From assembly GCA_963514005.1 (NCBI GenBank), contig OY740783.1, positions 62,310,001 through 62,374,000 on the forward strand: 64,000 nucleotides of DNA, written 5' to 3'. Positions 28,452 through 40,540 of this stretch are shown one piece after another. The position numbers and the translations under genes were made by a program. This stretch comes from Raja brachyura. Its lineage: Eukaryota. Positions within the stretch are counted from its first letter, which is position 1; each line of letters begins with the position of its first letter. The notes beneath the pieces were generated by a model, which saw nothing but the letters and a program-made list of their open reading frames with translations, was not told the DNA's origin and did no database searches.

Positions 28452-29672
28452 GACGAGAGGCCGAAGCAAAGAAGTCGAAGCCAAAGAACCGAGTGGAAAC
28501 GAAGTCAAAATGCCAATAAACCGAAAGATTACGAAGACGAAACGCCTAATAACCGCAAGGATGGGACGCCTAAATGCAAACTAACTGAAAGGGCGGGACG
28601 CCTAGAAGCCAACGAACCGAAAAGCTGCGTAGCCTACAAGCAAACTTACCGAATGGCCGCTCTGTCTACCTGAAAGGTGGTGACGCCTACAAGCCAACGG
28701 ACCGAATGCCGCTCAACAGAAACGTCCAATAACGGACATGAGATTGCCGGGGGGCGGGACTTGTCAGCGATTGGTCCAGATCCCCGCGTCCATCACATCA
28801 CTGTGAGGGCATGAACATTGTCCCACACCTCTGCTCCATCCGGCCCGCAGCCCGTGGGAGAGTGGGGGCTGTCCCGAGCGATGCGTCTCCACCCGTGGGA
28901 GCATCCCTCAATCACAGACCGCAATGCACCGCCATCGGACCCCAATCTCCACACCAGGGTGATTTCTCCCCCCCCCCCCCCCCCCCCCCGATCCCCTGAC
29001 TTTGACACCCTCACCGGGTGATTCACCCCGGCCGCTGGGACAGACATTTTATTTATTACCGTCTCGATGTTTGCGGAACACACCTATCTCCCACGCACAA
29101 AACAGGCAGCATCTCTGGAGAGAAGGAATGGGTGATGTTCCGTGCTGAGACCATTCTTCAGAGTGCATCTGAAAGGTCTCGACCCGAAACTCCACCCATT
29201 CCTTCTTTCCAGAGATGCTGCCCAGTGAGGCTGCTGTCACACAGTGACCCATCCGGTCAGACTGCTGTCACATAGTGACCCAGCCGGTGGGACAATGTTC
29301 ATGCCTTCACAGTGATGTGATGGACGTGGGGGTCTGGACCAATCACTGACAAGTCCCGCCCCCCGGCAACATCATGTCCGTTGTTGGATGTTTTTGTTGA
29401 GCGGCAGTCGGTCCTTTGGCCTGTAGGCTACACCGCCTTTCGGGTAGGTGACGTTTCGACAGAGCGGCCATTCGGTAAGTTTGCTTTTAGGCGACACAGC
29501 TTTTCAGTTCGTTGGCTTTTAGGCGTCCCGCCCTTTTGGTTAGTTTGCATTTATGTATCCCATCCTTTCGGTTAGTAGGTGTTTCGTCTTCGGACTCTTT
29601 CAATTTATTGGCGTTTCGGCCTCATTTCCATTCGGTTCTTTGGCTTCGACTTCTTTGATTCGGCTTCTTATC
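28452..29672. mobile_element. Foldback-type non-autonomous DNA element with ~375-385 bp terminal inverted repeats
   Basis: 28452-28826 is the reverse complement of 29287-29672 with scattered mismatches and one ~11-nt indel. The arms are built from ~16/32-bp degenerate subrepeats. Confidence 0.85.
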
Positions 29673-30253
29673 AAGAATCAAGATTCAATTTAATTGTCAA
29701 TTTAATTGTCAATTTAGTTAAGGTACAGTGAAATGTGAGTTACCATACAGCCATACTAAGTAAAAAGCAAAAATACACACAGCACACAAAAATAAAGTTT
29801 AACAAAAATGTCCACCACTCTGGAATCAACATTCCTCACTGTGATGGAAGGTAATAAAGTTCAGTCATCTTCCTCCTTTGTTCACCCGTGGTCGGGGCCT
29901 TTGAACATTGCTGACAGTCCGCTGTTCCAGCCCTCTCGTCAGGATGATTGAAACTCCGACGTTGGGACGGATCGGAAAACTCCCTGGCATGGAGCTCCCG
30001 AGTCGGCCGCTTCTTACCGGATACCACTGCTTCACTGTGTTAAAGTCCACAGGCCCCGTGGTCGGAGCTCCAACACTGGCGATCCTTGGCAAAAGATCCC
30101 AGGCTCCGTAAAGGTAAGTCCCCCCCCGCACGTCCCACATAAAACATACCAAGGGACATTAAAACAAACATTCAAGATACTTAAAATAAGAAAAAACAGA
30201 GAAGGGACAAGACAGACTGCTAGTGAGGCAGCCATTATGAGGGCCACCTGGTG
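29673..30253 (-). mobile_element. Non-autonomous retro-element with (TCTTGA)-type tail
   Basis: Tail caagaatcaagattcaatttaattgtc and a GC-rich body; family not identified. Confidence 0.55.
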
Positions 30254-30339
30254 TCAGTTTGTTAATTGTGAAAGTAATGGTGAAGTTTAAATTTTAACTT
30301 TTGCTAGAATTGTCCTGAGCACTAGTTAAGCCTGGTTAA

Positions 30340-30870
30340 GTCTGTGCATGGTTATAATTGCCAAACCACAGGAAATATATGATGAGGTAGCAGATTTATG
30401 TGGATGTCACCAATCTTGGGAATTATAAATATATAAATGGATTGGCTTGGCTTGGGTTGTCTTCTGAACAAAAGAGACTGAGGGGAGATTTAATTATGGT
30501 GTATGAAATAATGAGAGGGCTGGACAGGATGAAGGGAAAGGACTTATTTTGCCAGACAGATCAATAATGAGGGGGCATAGCTTTAAGTTAATTGGTAAAG
30601 GATCAGAGGGGGGTTTAAAGAAAACAAATCTCCCGGCATATAGCGTGGGCCTGGAACTCAGTGCCTAAAAGGTACTGGAGCTGAAACTCCCTAACACATT
30701 TAAAAATAATGTGGATGGGCATGTGAGAGTGTGGCTTTGAGAGCTTGGAATGGAATATGAGTATGGGACATGTGACAATAAAACACTCTTGATTCTTGAA
30801 TAACTCAAATAGCAGTATTTTTGTCAGCATAAACATGGTAGGTTGAATGGCCTCCTCTTGTACCATGAAT
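30340..30870 (+). mobile_element. Old CR1 3' fragment
   Basis: agactgaggggagatttaatt...gtgtatgaaataatgagaggg (RLRGDLI.VY.IMRG). Confidence 0.7.
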
Positions 30871-32888
30871 ATATATGATTTTATTACTTTAGCATTTCTG
30901 CTAATGTTTCCTTCATTGGCAGGAGAGAGCATATTATATGGCCAAATATAATCTGCATTCATTAGACTTTTTGTTCATCCATGTCTGCAATAAAAGCTGT
31001 CTATATGAATTTCACCCACCCAGTCAGACATCATTCTCAAAACAGTATCTTTTGTTGCAGATGTACATTTTTAATTGACAGACTCCAGATCAATAAATAG
31101 CCAGACAAATAGCCATATGCGCTTGGGCTGATCTTAGTTTGCTTGTTGCAAAATGACTCCGCCTCGTGGGAAACAACTCCTCCCCACTGAGAAAACAAAC
31201 CCCAAATCTCATTCACTGAACGTCACCTGTAAGATTATATAAATGTGCAGTTAACCATAAATTGTGCTTTTAAGCTTCAGTATTGAATTCACCCTGAACT
31301 GTTGTTTAACATTTTCTGCCCATTGGAAGATGAAAACTTGTTGAGATTTTTACTGTTGAGATTGGTTGTGAGTTACAAAGAAAGTTACCAAAATGAGTTC
31401 TGATAAGCTTGAATACAAGTATGCTGATTTGTGAAGTATTAAACATTTTTCCTAAGGTATAACTGGGTAAGGGTGCTTGCAATGGACATTCTTTATTCAC
31501 CCAGCACTGAGGCAAGTGAGTTCATCACACTAGGGTGAGCATCTGGAGCCAGCCAAAGCCAATCTTTTGCCTCTTTGTCCAATTGCTTGCCTAAAGTAGG
31601 GAAATGACTCTGATCTCAGAACAGAGGTTTGGACGTAAAATCTAGAACTCAAGTTCTGCTGAAAGTATGCCTGGTTTCTATCACTTCCAATTTGCTCTTC
31701 AAGATTAATACTGTTTTAAAGAACTAAATTACCTATATATCTTTATCTAGAGTTATAATTTGAAAGGCATCATTTCATTGATGCAATCCCTTTTAGTTTA
31801 GTATCATTCACAAACTCTAATCTCAGGCCAATATTTTGCAAATCTTGGCATGTCCAAGAAGCATGGATCATTATTGGGTCAGATCTCAGTTTAATCCCAG
31901 AAAACGGAGATTAGCAATCCCGCACCTCAGTATAGGATGGCATCAGGATGGCAAAGGTGAGAGATGCGTAGAATATGTATCCACCATTGTGACTCCTTTT
32001 CCACTCTATTCTGTAATCCTTCATGAGTCCAATTGCTCTTGCCCAATGTACCTTAATTCCAATCATAATACACTTGTTCCTCGATTCATAAAATGGATGC
32101 ATCCCTGAAAAAATGTAATTGCATAAACAGCCAACATATTTGATGAAATACATTGTAGCAATTTTGAGACAATTTGGTTCTGTGTACTATTCATTATAAC
32201 AAAATTTAGCTTTGAAGATTGATCATCCATACCCCAATTAGTCAGTGGCATTATGGCAAAAGCTTGTAAATCGACCATATGTAATTCATGAAAAAAACAT
32301 TAATTAACTCTTCACTCTCCTAATATCCATTCTTTTCCTACCAGACACTTGAGCATAGGCATAGTCATAGAGGACATGTCTTTCTTTTTGCAGCCATTGG
32401 TGGCTTCTTCCAATGTCTCATCTTGAGACAATAATAACCATCATTTGAAAGAAATAACAAATAACAAACGTTTTACACTGGTATTGGCTTATAGTTTGCA
32501 GTGAGATTATTGTGAAATTAAGTAAAAGATTGAATACTGTTATCTGAGAATCTATGTGTTAGTTTACATATTAGATTTATGTGGGTTAGGCTTAATACGT
32601 GTCCAGAAATTAATTCTTGTTCAGTAGCACATTTAGCATTATCGAAGAGGGCAAAATGTTGATGCAAAGATGTGTACGATTTTATCAATTTTATCAATTT
32701 TAATACACAGGTCTGAGTTTAAATGACTGCTGTAAGATATTTCAACTAAATTATGAAGGGGCAATGAGTATGTTCATGGAGCAGCATTAATGATCTGACA
32801 AACTCAGTTGTTATTATGATTTTCTCAGATTTAATTCCAGGTATTCCGTGTAAGCAGTGCTAATGTAGCATTGTGGTGTGTGCATTAA

Positions 32889-33654
32889 AGGGGCTGTCCC
32901 ACCGCGGCGACCTAATCTGCGAGTTTAGAAAAGTTTGCCCTGACTCAAACTCGCAGACTGGTCGACATGTGGTCCTAGGAGGTCGTATGAGGTCACTGGT
33001 ACACTCCTTCATGCTCGAGGGAAGTTCCCGCATACTCGCGGCTTCAGTTTGGTCGAGGAAAGATTTTCAGCCTGTTGAAAAGTTTCCGCGAGTAAAGATT
33101 GGTCGGCATGGTTCTTTTGAAGTCGTAGTGCAGTGGAGTGGGGTTGCTATGCAGTTACAGGCAGTCGGGGGCAGCGTAGGCGATCTTTTACTTTGACCGG
33201 GCATTTTACTTGGCTCGTTGGAGTTTTCAGGACAAAGGAAAATCGACCGGTAAAGTAAAATGCCCGCTAAACGTTATTATAAGTTGGCTGTCTTCTTAAA
33301 TGTGTCTCCATTCCTTCTCCCCCCCCCTTCTCCCCCCCTTCTCGCCCCTTCTCGCCCCTTCTCTCCCCCCTCCCCTCCCCCTCCGCTCCCCCTCCGTGCT
33401 CTCTAAAGGACTTACCATACATTGTGCAGCCGACTTTTACCTTTCTGTTCATCACAGGTGTGAATTTCAGACAAGCTCCCCCGCTATCGCTGGCCTCCGT
33501 CTTTGCGATGTGTTTGTGTGTGTGTGTGTGTGTGCGGTCGGTCGATCCAGCTCGCGGTTTCATCGCTGACGGTTGATCCTGCTCGAGGTTTTCCAGGCTA
33601 GTGCCCTGGAGCTTGAAGGTCGAAGACAGTCGCTGAAAGGTCACATCAGTCCCT
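32889..33654. mobile_element. Harbinger-like MITE
   Basis: TAA|AGGGGCTGTCCC...CAGTCCCT|TAA: TAA TSD and short TIR, right TIR partly deleted. CpG-rich body with a C/T tract and (TG)n. Confidence 0.7.
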
Positions 33655-36600
33655 TAACTTTTAAGCCGAGATTTTGGAACAGAATCTTCTTGGCAGCTCC
33701 ACAAATCACACTTTCCTGATGGCTTTATATTGAGGTGACATTGTTTCTTTAAGACTAAATCCTGCTGAGATTCATAAAGGCAGAGAAGAATGGAAATGCA
33801 CAACAAAATCATTCCCTGTAAAATTTATGTTACATTGAGTTTTACGACTAATTGTTTTTACTGGCAAGGTGTAGAAATGACACCTCAGTACGGGACGACC
33901 TAAACCAGTTGTACATATATTGTTTGGGAGAAATCGTTTTTTTGATAACTGAAGTTCTAACAAATGATTTTTGCACAAAATGGCTTCCAGCCCAGAAATG
34001 CTAACTTGACACTGCAGCAAATAGACAGACAATTCTTTCCATTCCTGAGATTCCTCAGATTTTATAACGTGTATTAAATGCAAGCCAAGTAGATTATCGA
34101 TGAATTAAAAATAATTTCCCCTGGATCTTACAGAAGTGTCATTTACAAAGAAAGCCAGGCCAAAAGGTCAATTGATGTCTAGAGAATAGGGACTCATCAA
34201 TTTTTCTTTCATATTCTTTGAAGACTAATTCATTTCAAACATGGGTCAGCATGACACAAACTAATTATATGATTGGAAAAATGAAAACAGAAAAAATCTT
34301 TTATAACAACAAAGAAATACACACAATATTATTTTTTATCATACTATTAGTGAATTAGATTTTGACTTCAACTTTATTGGAAAACAGAAGACTTAATTGA
34401 AATAAATTAAATTTGCCAAGTAAGTTAAAAATGACAAGAGGACTAAATAGATTGACTGCTGGGATAAGGTATTGTCTTATAAGGAAAGATTGAGGAGAAT
34501 GTCCTGAACTGGAGTTTAGAATTAAAAGAGATAATCTCATCTCGTGAGTTTGAAAAGGCAGAGAAGATATTGGTTTTGTTTGGCTAGAGAATAAAGAATG
34601 AGGTGGCAACATCTGTCATTCCGGAGTTGGCCACATAGGACTGAGATGAGAAGAAATCTCTTATGTAGGCAGATTGCAAATATTTCAAAATACTCTATTC
34701 AAAACAGCTGCAGGTGCCCGCTAATTGATAATATTTAAATCTGAAATCAATTGACCTTTGGATTTGAAGTAAATCAATGAAATCAAGAGATCAAACATGA
34801 GAGTAGTTAAGGTTAGGAACCGGTTGATATGCAAATATATATTTGGAAATCAATGCTAGCCTCCTGATATGCAAATAAAACCTTCAATCAATGCTCCATC
34901 ATTCCAGGGTTGAAGGTTGATATGACATTAAGCATCTCCATCCCATTGTATTACAATACGTTTGAAGTGAAGGATATCTATAAATACACTGAAAACACGT
35001 GCACTTCCACAATAAACATGCAGCAAAACTAAAGCAGCACCTAAGCTGTGTCTATTTTGCATTGTATTTTATACCAGGGATCTACATCAAGCCAAATTAT
35101 AAACCCAAAGTGATTAAAATTCATACCCTTCTGGTTTGTTAACTAAGTTTGAATGTATGGATCGTTTGAGTTTGGAAACATATACCTCTTTTGAAAAGGT
35201 GCCACTCATTTTCACAAAGATTTTATATCCTGCCATTTCTGTGATATCTTATGTTAGGTATCTTCTTTGCATCATCCTCAATGTTGTAAAGTAATAAATT
35301 ATATTTTTGAAGAATGCATTTTGCACAGTGGGCTGGAAATCTCCCTCGGGTTAAATTGCAGTTTACTATTTGTCATTTGTCACAAGAACCAAAATAATTA
35401 TCCTTTTTATTTCCAAATATTTAATTAGTCGGATTTCTTCCAGGACTACTATTATGTTTACAGTCATTATAACCTCTACATATGTCACACTTCCCTCAGG
35501 TGGCAGGTGATATCCTAGTTGTTGTCAACATCATGATAAATGAGGATTTGTGTGAAAAGGTACACAAATTTACTATTTGTCATGATCCTTGCTTACTGTC
35601 ACATCCATAGAACTGATAGACTGAATTAGGAGTACAATCAGTAGAATGAATAAACTTTTCTGAAACAAGTCAAATCTACTGTCATATGCACAAGTGTGGT
35701 GAGGTCCAGGTACAATGAAAATCTTGCTTGTAGCAACATCTCAAGCACGTAGACTCAGACAACACACAGGAATATAAATTATATATAAATTACACATACA
35801 TTCTATAAGATAGTGAAAAGAAAATGACTGCAAAAATACTGAAATATTAACTCTAGCTTGGGATGGAGGTATTTGCAAATATACTTGTTCAAAGAAATTG
35901 TATTGCTGTAATCATTACAACTTTTACAAATGCCCAGATCTTATGATCTTTTCATTGCTGACTATCAAGCCTATTTAGCTATCTGAGATGTTCTCATCTT
36001 CATGATGTGATTCTGAAGCAGGTTTCCTCATGGACCAGAATTGCTGCTGTGTAGAGGCCAGGGTACAAACTATGAAATTGGGAACCGATACTGTGTCTTG
36101 TTCCCAAGGCGTTGCATTAGTGACCTGACATTGTACTGATTCAAACAGTGAGGTATTTAAACACCCACAGCATCACCATCTGACACTCATGTTGAATGGT
36201 TCCAGAGTAATTTTCAAACATTTGCAGTCATTATGAGCAGAGCCAGCTACTTGTAACAAATAAATTAGATTGGAAATGTTACATTTCCTTAACTCTAAAT
36301 TAATTTTCCTAACTCAATTAAATTGCAGCAAATAAGAAATTTGGTGATTTCCTGATATCGTTTACCATCATACTTAGTGTATAACGTGCTCCATTTCCAT
36401 TAAAACTCTGGATTTATTTGATGTTATCAGTAATGATGTGGTCACTCACTAGCAGGCAAACTCAGATGTGCCTGATCAAATCTAATTGTTTCCTGGCGCT
36501 GATTCAAAGTGAATCTGCGGTCATTTTCAGCTGAACAATCGAAAGTATAATCTATTTTCAGTTTTGGATGGAAGTAAAGGGCAAACGACACACATGGAGC

Positions 36601-37204
36601 AAAAAGTCTTAATCTTAGCAAAACCCAACAGACAAGGATGTTGCCAGGTCTCGAGGAACTGATATAGGGAGAGCTGGGCAGGCTGGGGCTTTATACGTTG
36701 GAGTATAGGAGCCTGGCCTTCTACAAACTTCAACAAGGCCACTGACTGGCCCTGGGCTGAAAGCTGTGTCTTCAAGTCAGCAAGGAAAGCTGAAGAACAA
36801 AAAGAGTAATGTTTGGCCAACTGGGAGGACAGTTTCTCCCTCCAGCAGGACAAGGATAGTTCTGATGATGGGAGTGGTTTGGTGTTTGGAAGATGAGTGG
36901 GGAAATGAAGATAATTGATGCGTTGATACCAAAAGGGCGGCTTCCATCAGATTTAAGGACAGCCATTAATATTTTAAACAATAAGAACTGCTGGTTTATG
37001 ATTTACAAACAGTGCTGAGGCAGGACTTTAATTTTTAATGAATCTTGAGCCATTTGACAATTAATCATTCTCCAAAGGCTCAAGGCTACTGTACAGTATG
37101 AATTATTGCTGCATTTACATAGATATTCAATAGAATGAAAGAGGGTGATGTTTTGTCAGCTTAGTGTCTATCAACAAAACCAATTTTAAGTTTCTTGAAA
37201 TAGT

Positions 37205-39150
37205 GTCATAGAGTAATACGGGTCTTTTCACCCAACTCACTCTTGCTGACCAAAATGCCCGTTTGGCCCTTTGGGACAATGGGATGTTCCAAGCATGTCT
37301 CATGCTAGCCCCATTTGTCTATGTTAGCCCCATCTCACCTTTTCTATCCACGCATCTGTCCAAATGTGTTTTAAATTTTGTTATTTTGTTATTATACCTC
37401 CCTCAACCACTTCCTCTGGCAGCGTGTTCCATATACATACCACCCACTGTGTGAAAAGGTTGTCTCTCTGCTTACGATTACATCTTTCCGCTCTCATCTT
37501 AAATCTATACGCTCTTTTTTGATTCTCCAAACCTGGAAAAAAGACTGTGCATTCACCCTATCTATGCCCTTCCTGATTTTATATACCTCTATTAGATCAC
37601 TCTTCACTCTCCTATGCTCTAAGGAACACAGTCCCCAATCTGCCCAGCCACTCCCTACTTAGTTCCTTGAGTCCTGGCAACATCTTCATAAATCTTTTCT
37701 GTACTCCTTTTGTGTCTTTCAGTTTAGTGTCATTATTGCTTTTGCAGGGTGACAAAACTGAACACATTACTCCAAGTGCGTCCTCACCAACGTGTTGAAC
37801 ATGATGTGCTAATGCCCTGACTGATGAAGGCCAGCATGCCAAAAGCCTTCTTCACCACCCTGACTATTTATTACATGCAACTACATACTTGTATTTTAGA
37901 TGCTTTGATTGTACATCGCTCCCCAGGGACCGACTGTTCATTGGAAACGTCTTATCCTGTTTTGCCTTCCCAAAACGCAACACCTGACATTTGTCTTCAC
38001 CAACACGAGGTCCAGTGCTGTCCTGTGTCCAGTAGGGTCCTCTATACATTGCTTATCATCCAACTTCTTATTTTTCTCCTGGATGCATCTGTTGCCAATC
38101 TAATTCAAACTTATCCAACTAGCACTAACAAATATCCCTATCAGGATATTACTTGCCCCTTTAGTTCAGGTGCAACCTATCCCTCTTGTACAGGTCACCT
38201 TTGCCCCAGAAGAGATTCTAACAATCCAAGAATGAATCCCTGCACCAGTTCTTCAACCACACATTAATCTGCCTTATCCTTCTATCTCTGCCCTCACTGG
38301 CAGGTGACACTGGGAATGATCCAGAGACCACTCCCCTTGACGACTTGCCATTTTTTTATATTCTCTTTTCTAATTCTCAATATTAATTCACTCTGCGGGA
38401 TCTCCTCCCTGTGTCTACCATGTTGTTGGTACCAATATACATAACGACCCATAGCTGCTCACCCGCCATCTTCAGAATTTTTGTAACTGCTCAGAGACAT
38501 CCTTGACATCCCAATGACAGAGACACCCCGGAGGCAACACATCGTCGTGACCATGGAATCTCCAGTCTGTCCCTAAACTATTATATTTCCCATCACCACC
38601 ACTCTGTCTGATGCCTTCTTCCTGCTGTGCTTCAGAGACATTCATAGTGCCACAGACCAGGCTATTGCTGCTGCTCTCTGAAAGGGCATCCACTCACCCC
38701 CCCCTCACCCCCCCAAAACAGTATCCAAAGTGTGGGGTATGCCAATTCTTGGGGGAAATGGCTGTAGGGGAACTTCGGTCTCAACCCAAAAAAGTCAGCC
38801 TTCGGTCTCAACCCAAAACATCACCCAATCCTTCTCTCCGGAGATGCTGCCTGTTCCGCTGAGTTACTCCAGCATTTCGTGTCTACCTTCTCCTTTACCT
38901 CTCCTGGTTGATACCCCATTACCCGCAACCTGTACCGTAGATGTGAGCATCACACTGAAAAAACCCTATCTATGATGCGCTCAGCATCCTAGATGATCTT
39001 GAGTGTACCCAGTTCCAGCTCCATGTCACGGTCAGCCAGGAGCTGCAGCTGGCCACACTTCCCACAGGTGTAGTCACCAGGGACACTGGATGTTTACCTG
39101 TCCCCCCACATCCTGCAGGCGGAGCATACCACTGCCCTAACTGCCATCCC
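37205..39150 (-). mobile_element. Degenerate CR1 pieces (3' end plus more 5' region) with a PLE tail inserted at about 38770-38890
   Basis: VQKRFMKMLPGL remnants; gaaggccagcatgccaaaagccttcttcacc shared with 23220-23260. Confidence 0.65.
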
Positions 39151-39792
39151 CACCATACTAAGTCTGAAGAGTATGAAGAGTATGAAGTTAAAACACTTTG
39201 CCTTTTCTCACCTGTACCTCTACTCAACTCCGCACCACAGCTTTACCGTTTATTAATCAAACTCTGCACACTTTTACAATGGCCACTCCAAAACAGCCAC
39301 TCTGCTAAACCTTGGCTAATTTTTATTTTGAAACTAACAACCCGAATGACTGCTTTTAAAATCTCCACATTCTTCACAGCTCTGCAATCTCTTGGGAAAC
39401 ATGTCTTTATGTTAAAATGTTTAATTTATATTATAATTTCTGTTTATCCGGAATAAAATAAAATTGAATAAGTTGCATAATATTTGAATGATCAACAGTT
39501 AAATAGAGAGCTTCTGAAGATCCGCGTGGCGATTGTGATGTGTGATTAATCTCTGTTGCTGATGAATATGAATGCATGCTAACTTCATGCTGCCTGTTAA
39601 TTATATAGATCTCTTCATGCAGCCTGTATACCTGTGCTGCTCATTGGTTCTCTGCGTCAGCAGGAAGCCAGTGTCATTAGCAACTTGCATGATTAGAGCA
39701 ACCTTAAGCTCCATGAACCTCATAGTGGAGAAGCATTAAGCCCAAAACAGGTGCTGCAAGACCTTCTCCATCTAAATCTGTACAACGGGATG

Positions 39793-40125
39793 GTTTAGTT
39801 TAGATATAGCATGGAATAGTTTAGATAGGCCCTTCAGCTCACTGATTCCACACCAACCATTGATCACCCATTCACATTAGTTTTATGTTATACCACTTTC
39901 ACATCCACACCCTACACGCCGGAGACAATTCATGCGGCCAATTAATCTACAAACCCGCATGTCTTTGGCATGTGGGAGGAAACCGGAGCACTTGGAGGAA
40001 ACTCAAATGGTCACAGGGAAAACGTGAAAACTCCACACAGACCGCACCCAAGGTCAGAATCAAACCCAGGTCTCTGGTACTGTGAAGCAGTAGCAAGACC
40101 AGCTGTGCCACTGTGCTGCCCAGTG
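39793..40125 (-). mobile_element. tRNA-derived SINE
   Basis: Reverse complement of the 26270 family. Confidence 0.8.
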
Positions 40126-40377
40126 GGTGGAATGGAGGTACAATGTTCTGCAACTTCCCTTAGACGTCTCCAGATATGCAAGGCAACAGGAACAGATTGC
40201 TCCAGAGTGAAATGTCAGCAGGGGAGGCCCATGCACCAAGATGCAATTGCTGAACTAAAATTCATAACTTTACTGCACCTTTACTTAATTAGTGCTGTTG
40301 CAAGCCTCAGACACATCTGTCAGCTTGCACAAATTGTGTGTCATTCCACCATTCAGCCACATTTAACCAGTGAAATG

Positions 40378-40540
40378 TACTGACACTTGATTAGTACAGG
40401 GGGGTCAGAGGTTATGGGGAGAAGGCAGGAGAATGGGATTAGGTAGGAGAGATAAATCAGCCATGATTGAATGGCGGAGCAGACTTGATGGGCCGAATGG
40501 CCTAATACTGCTCCTATCACTTGTGACCTTATGAACTTAT
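40378..40540 (+). mobile_element. CR1 3' tail
   Basis: ggttatggggagaaggcaggagaatggg...gggccgaatggcct. Confidence 0.75.
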
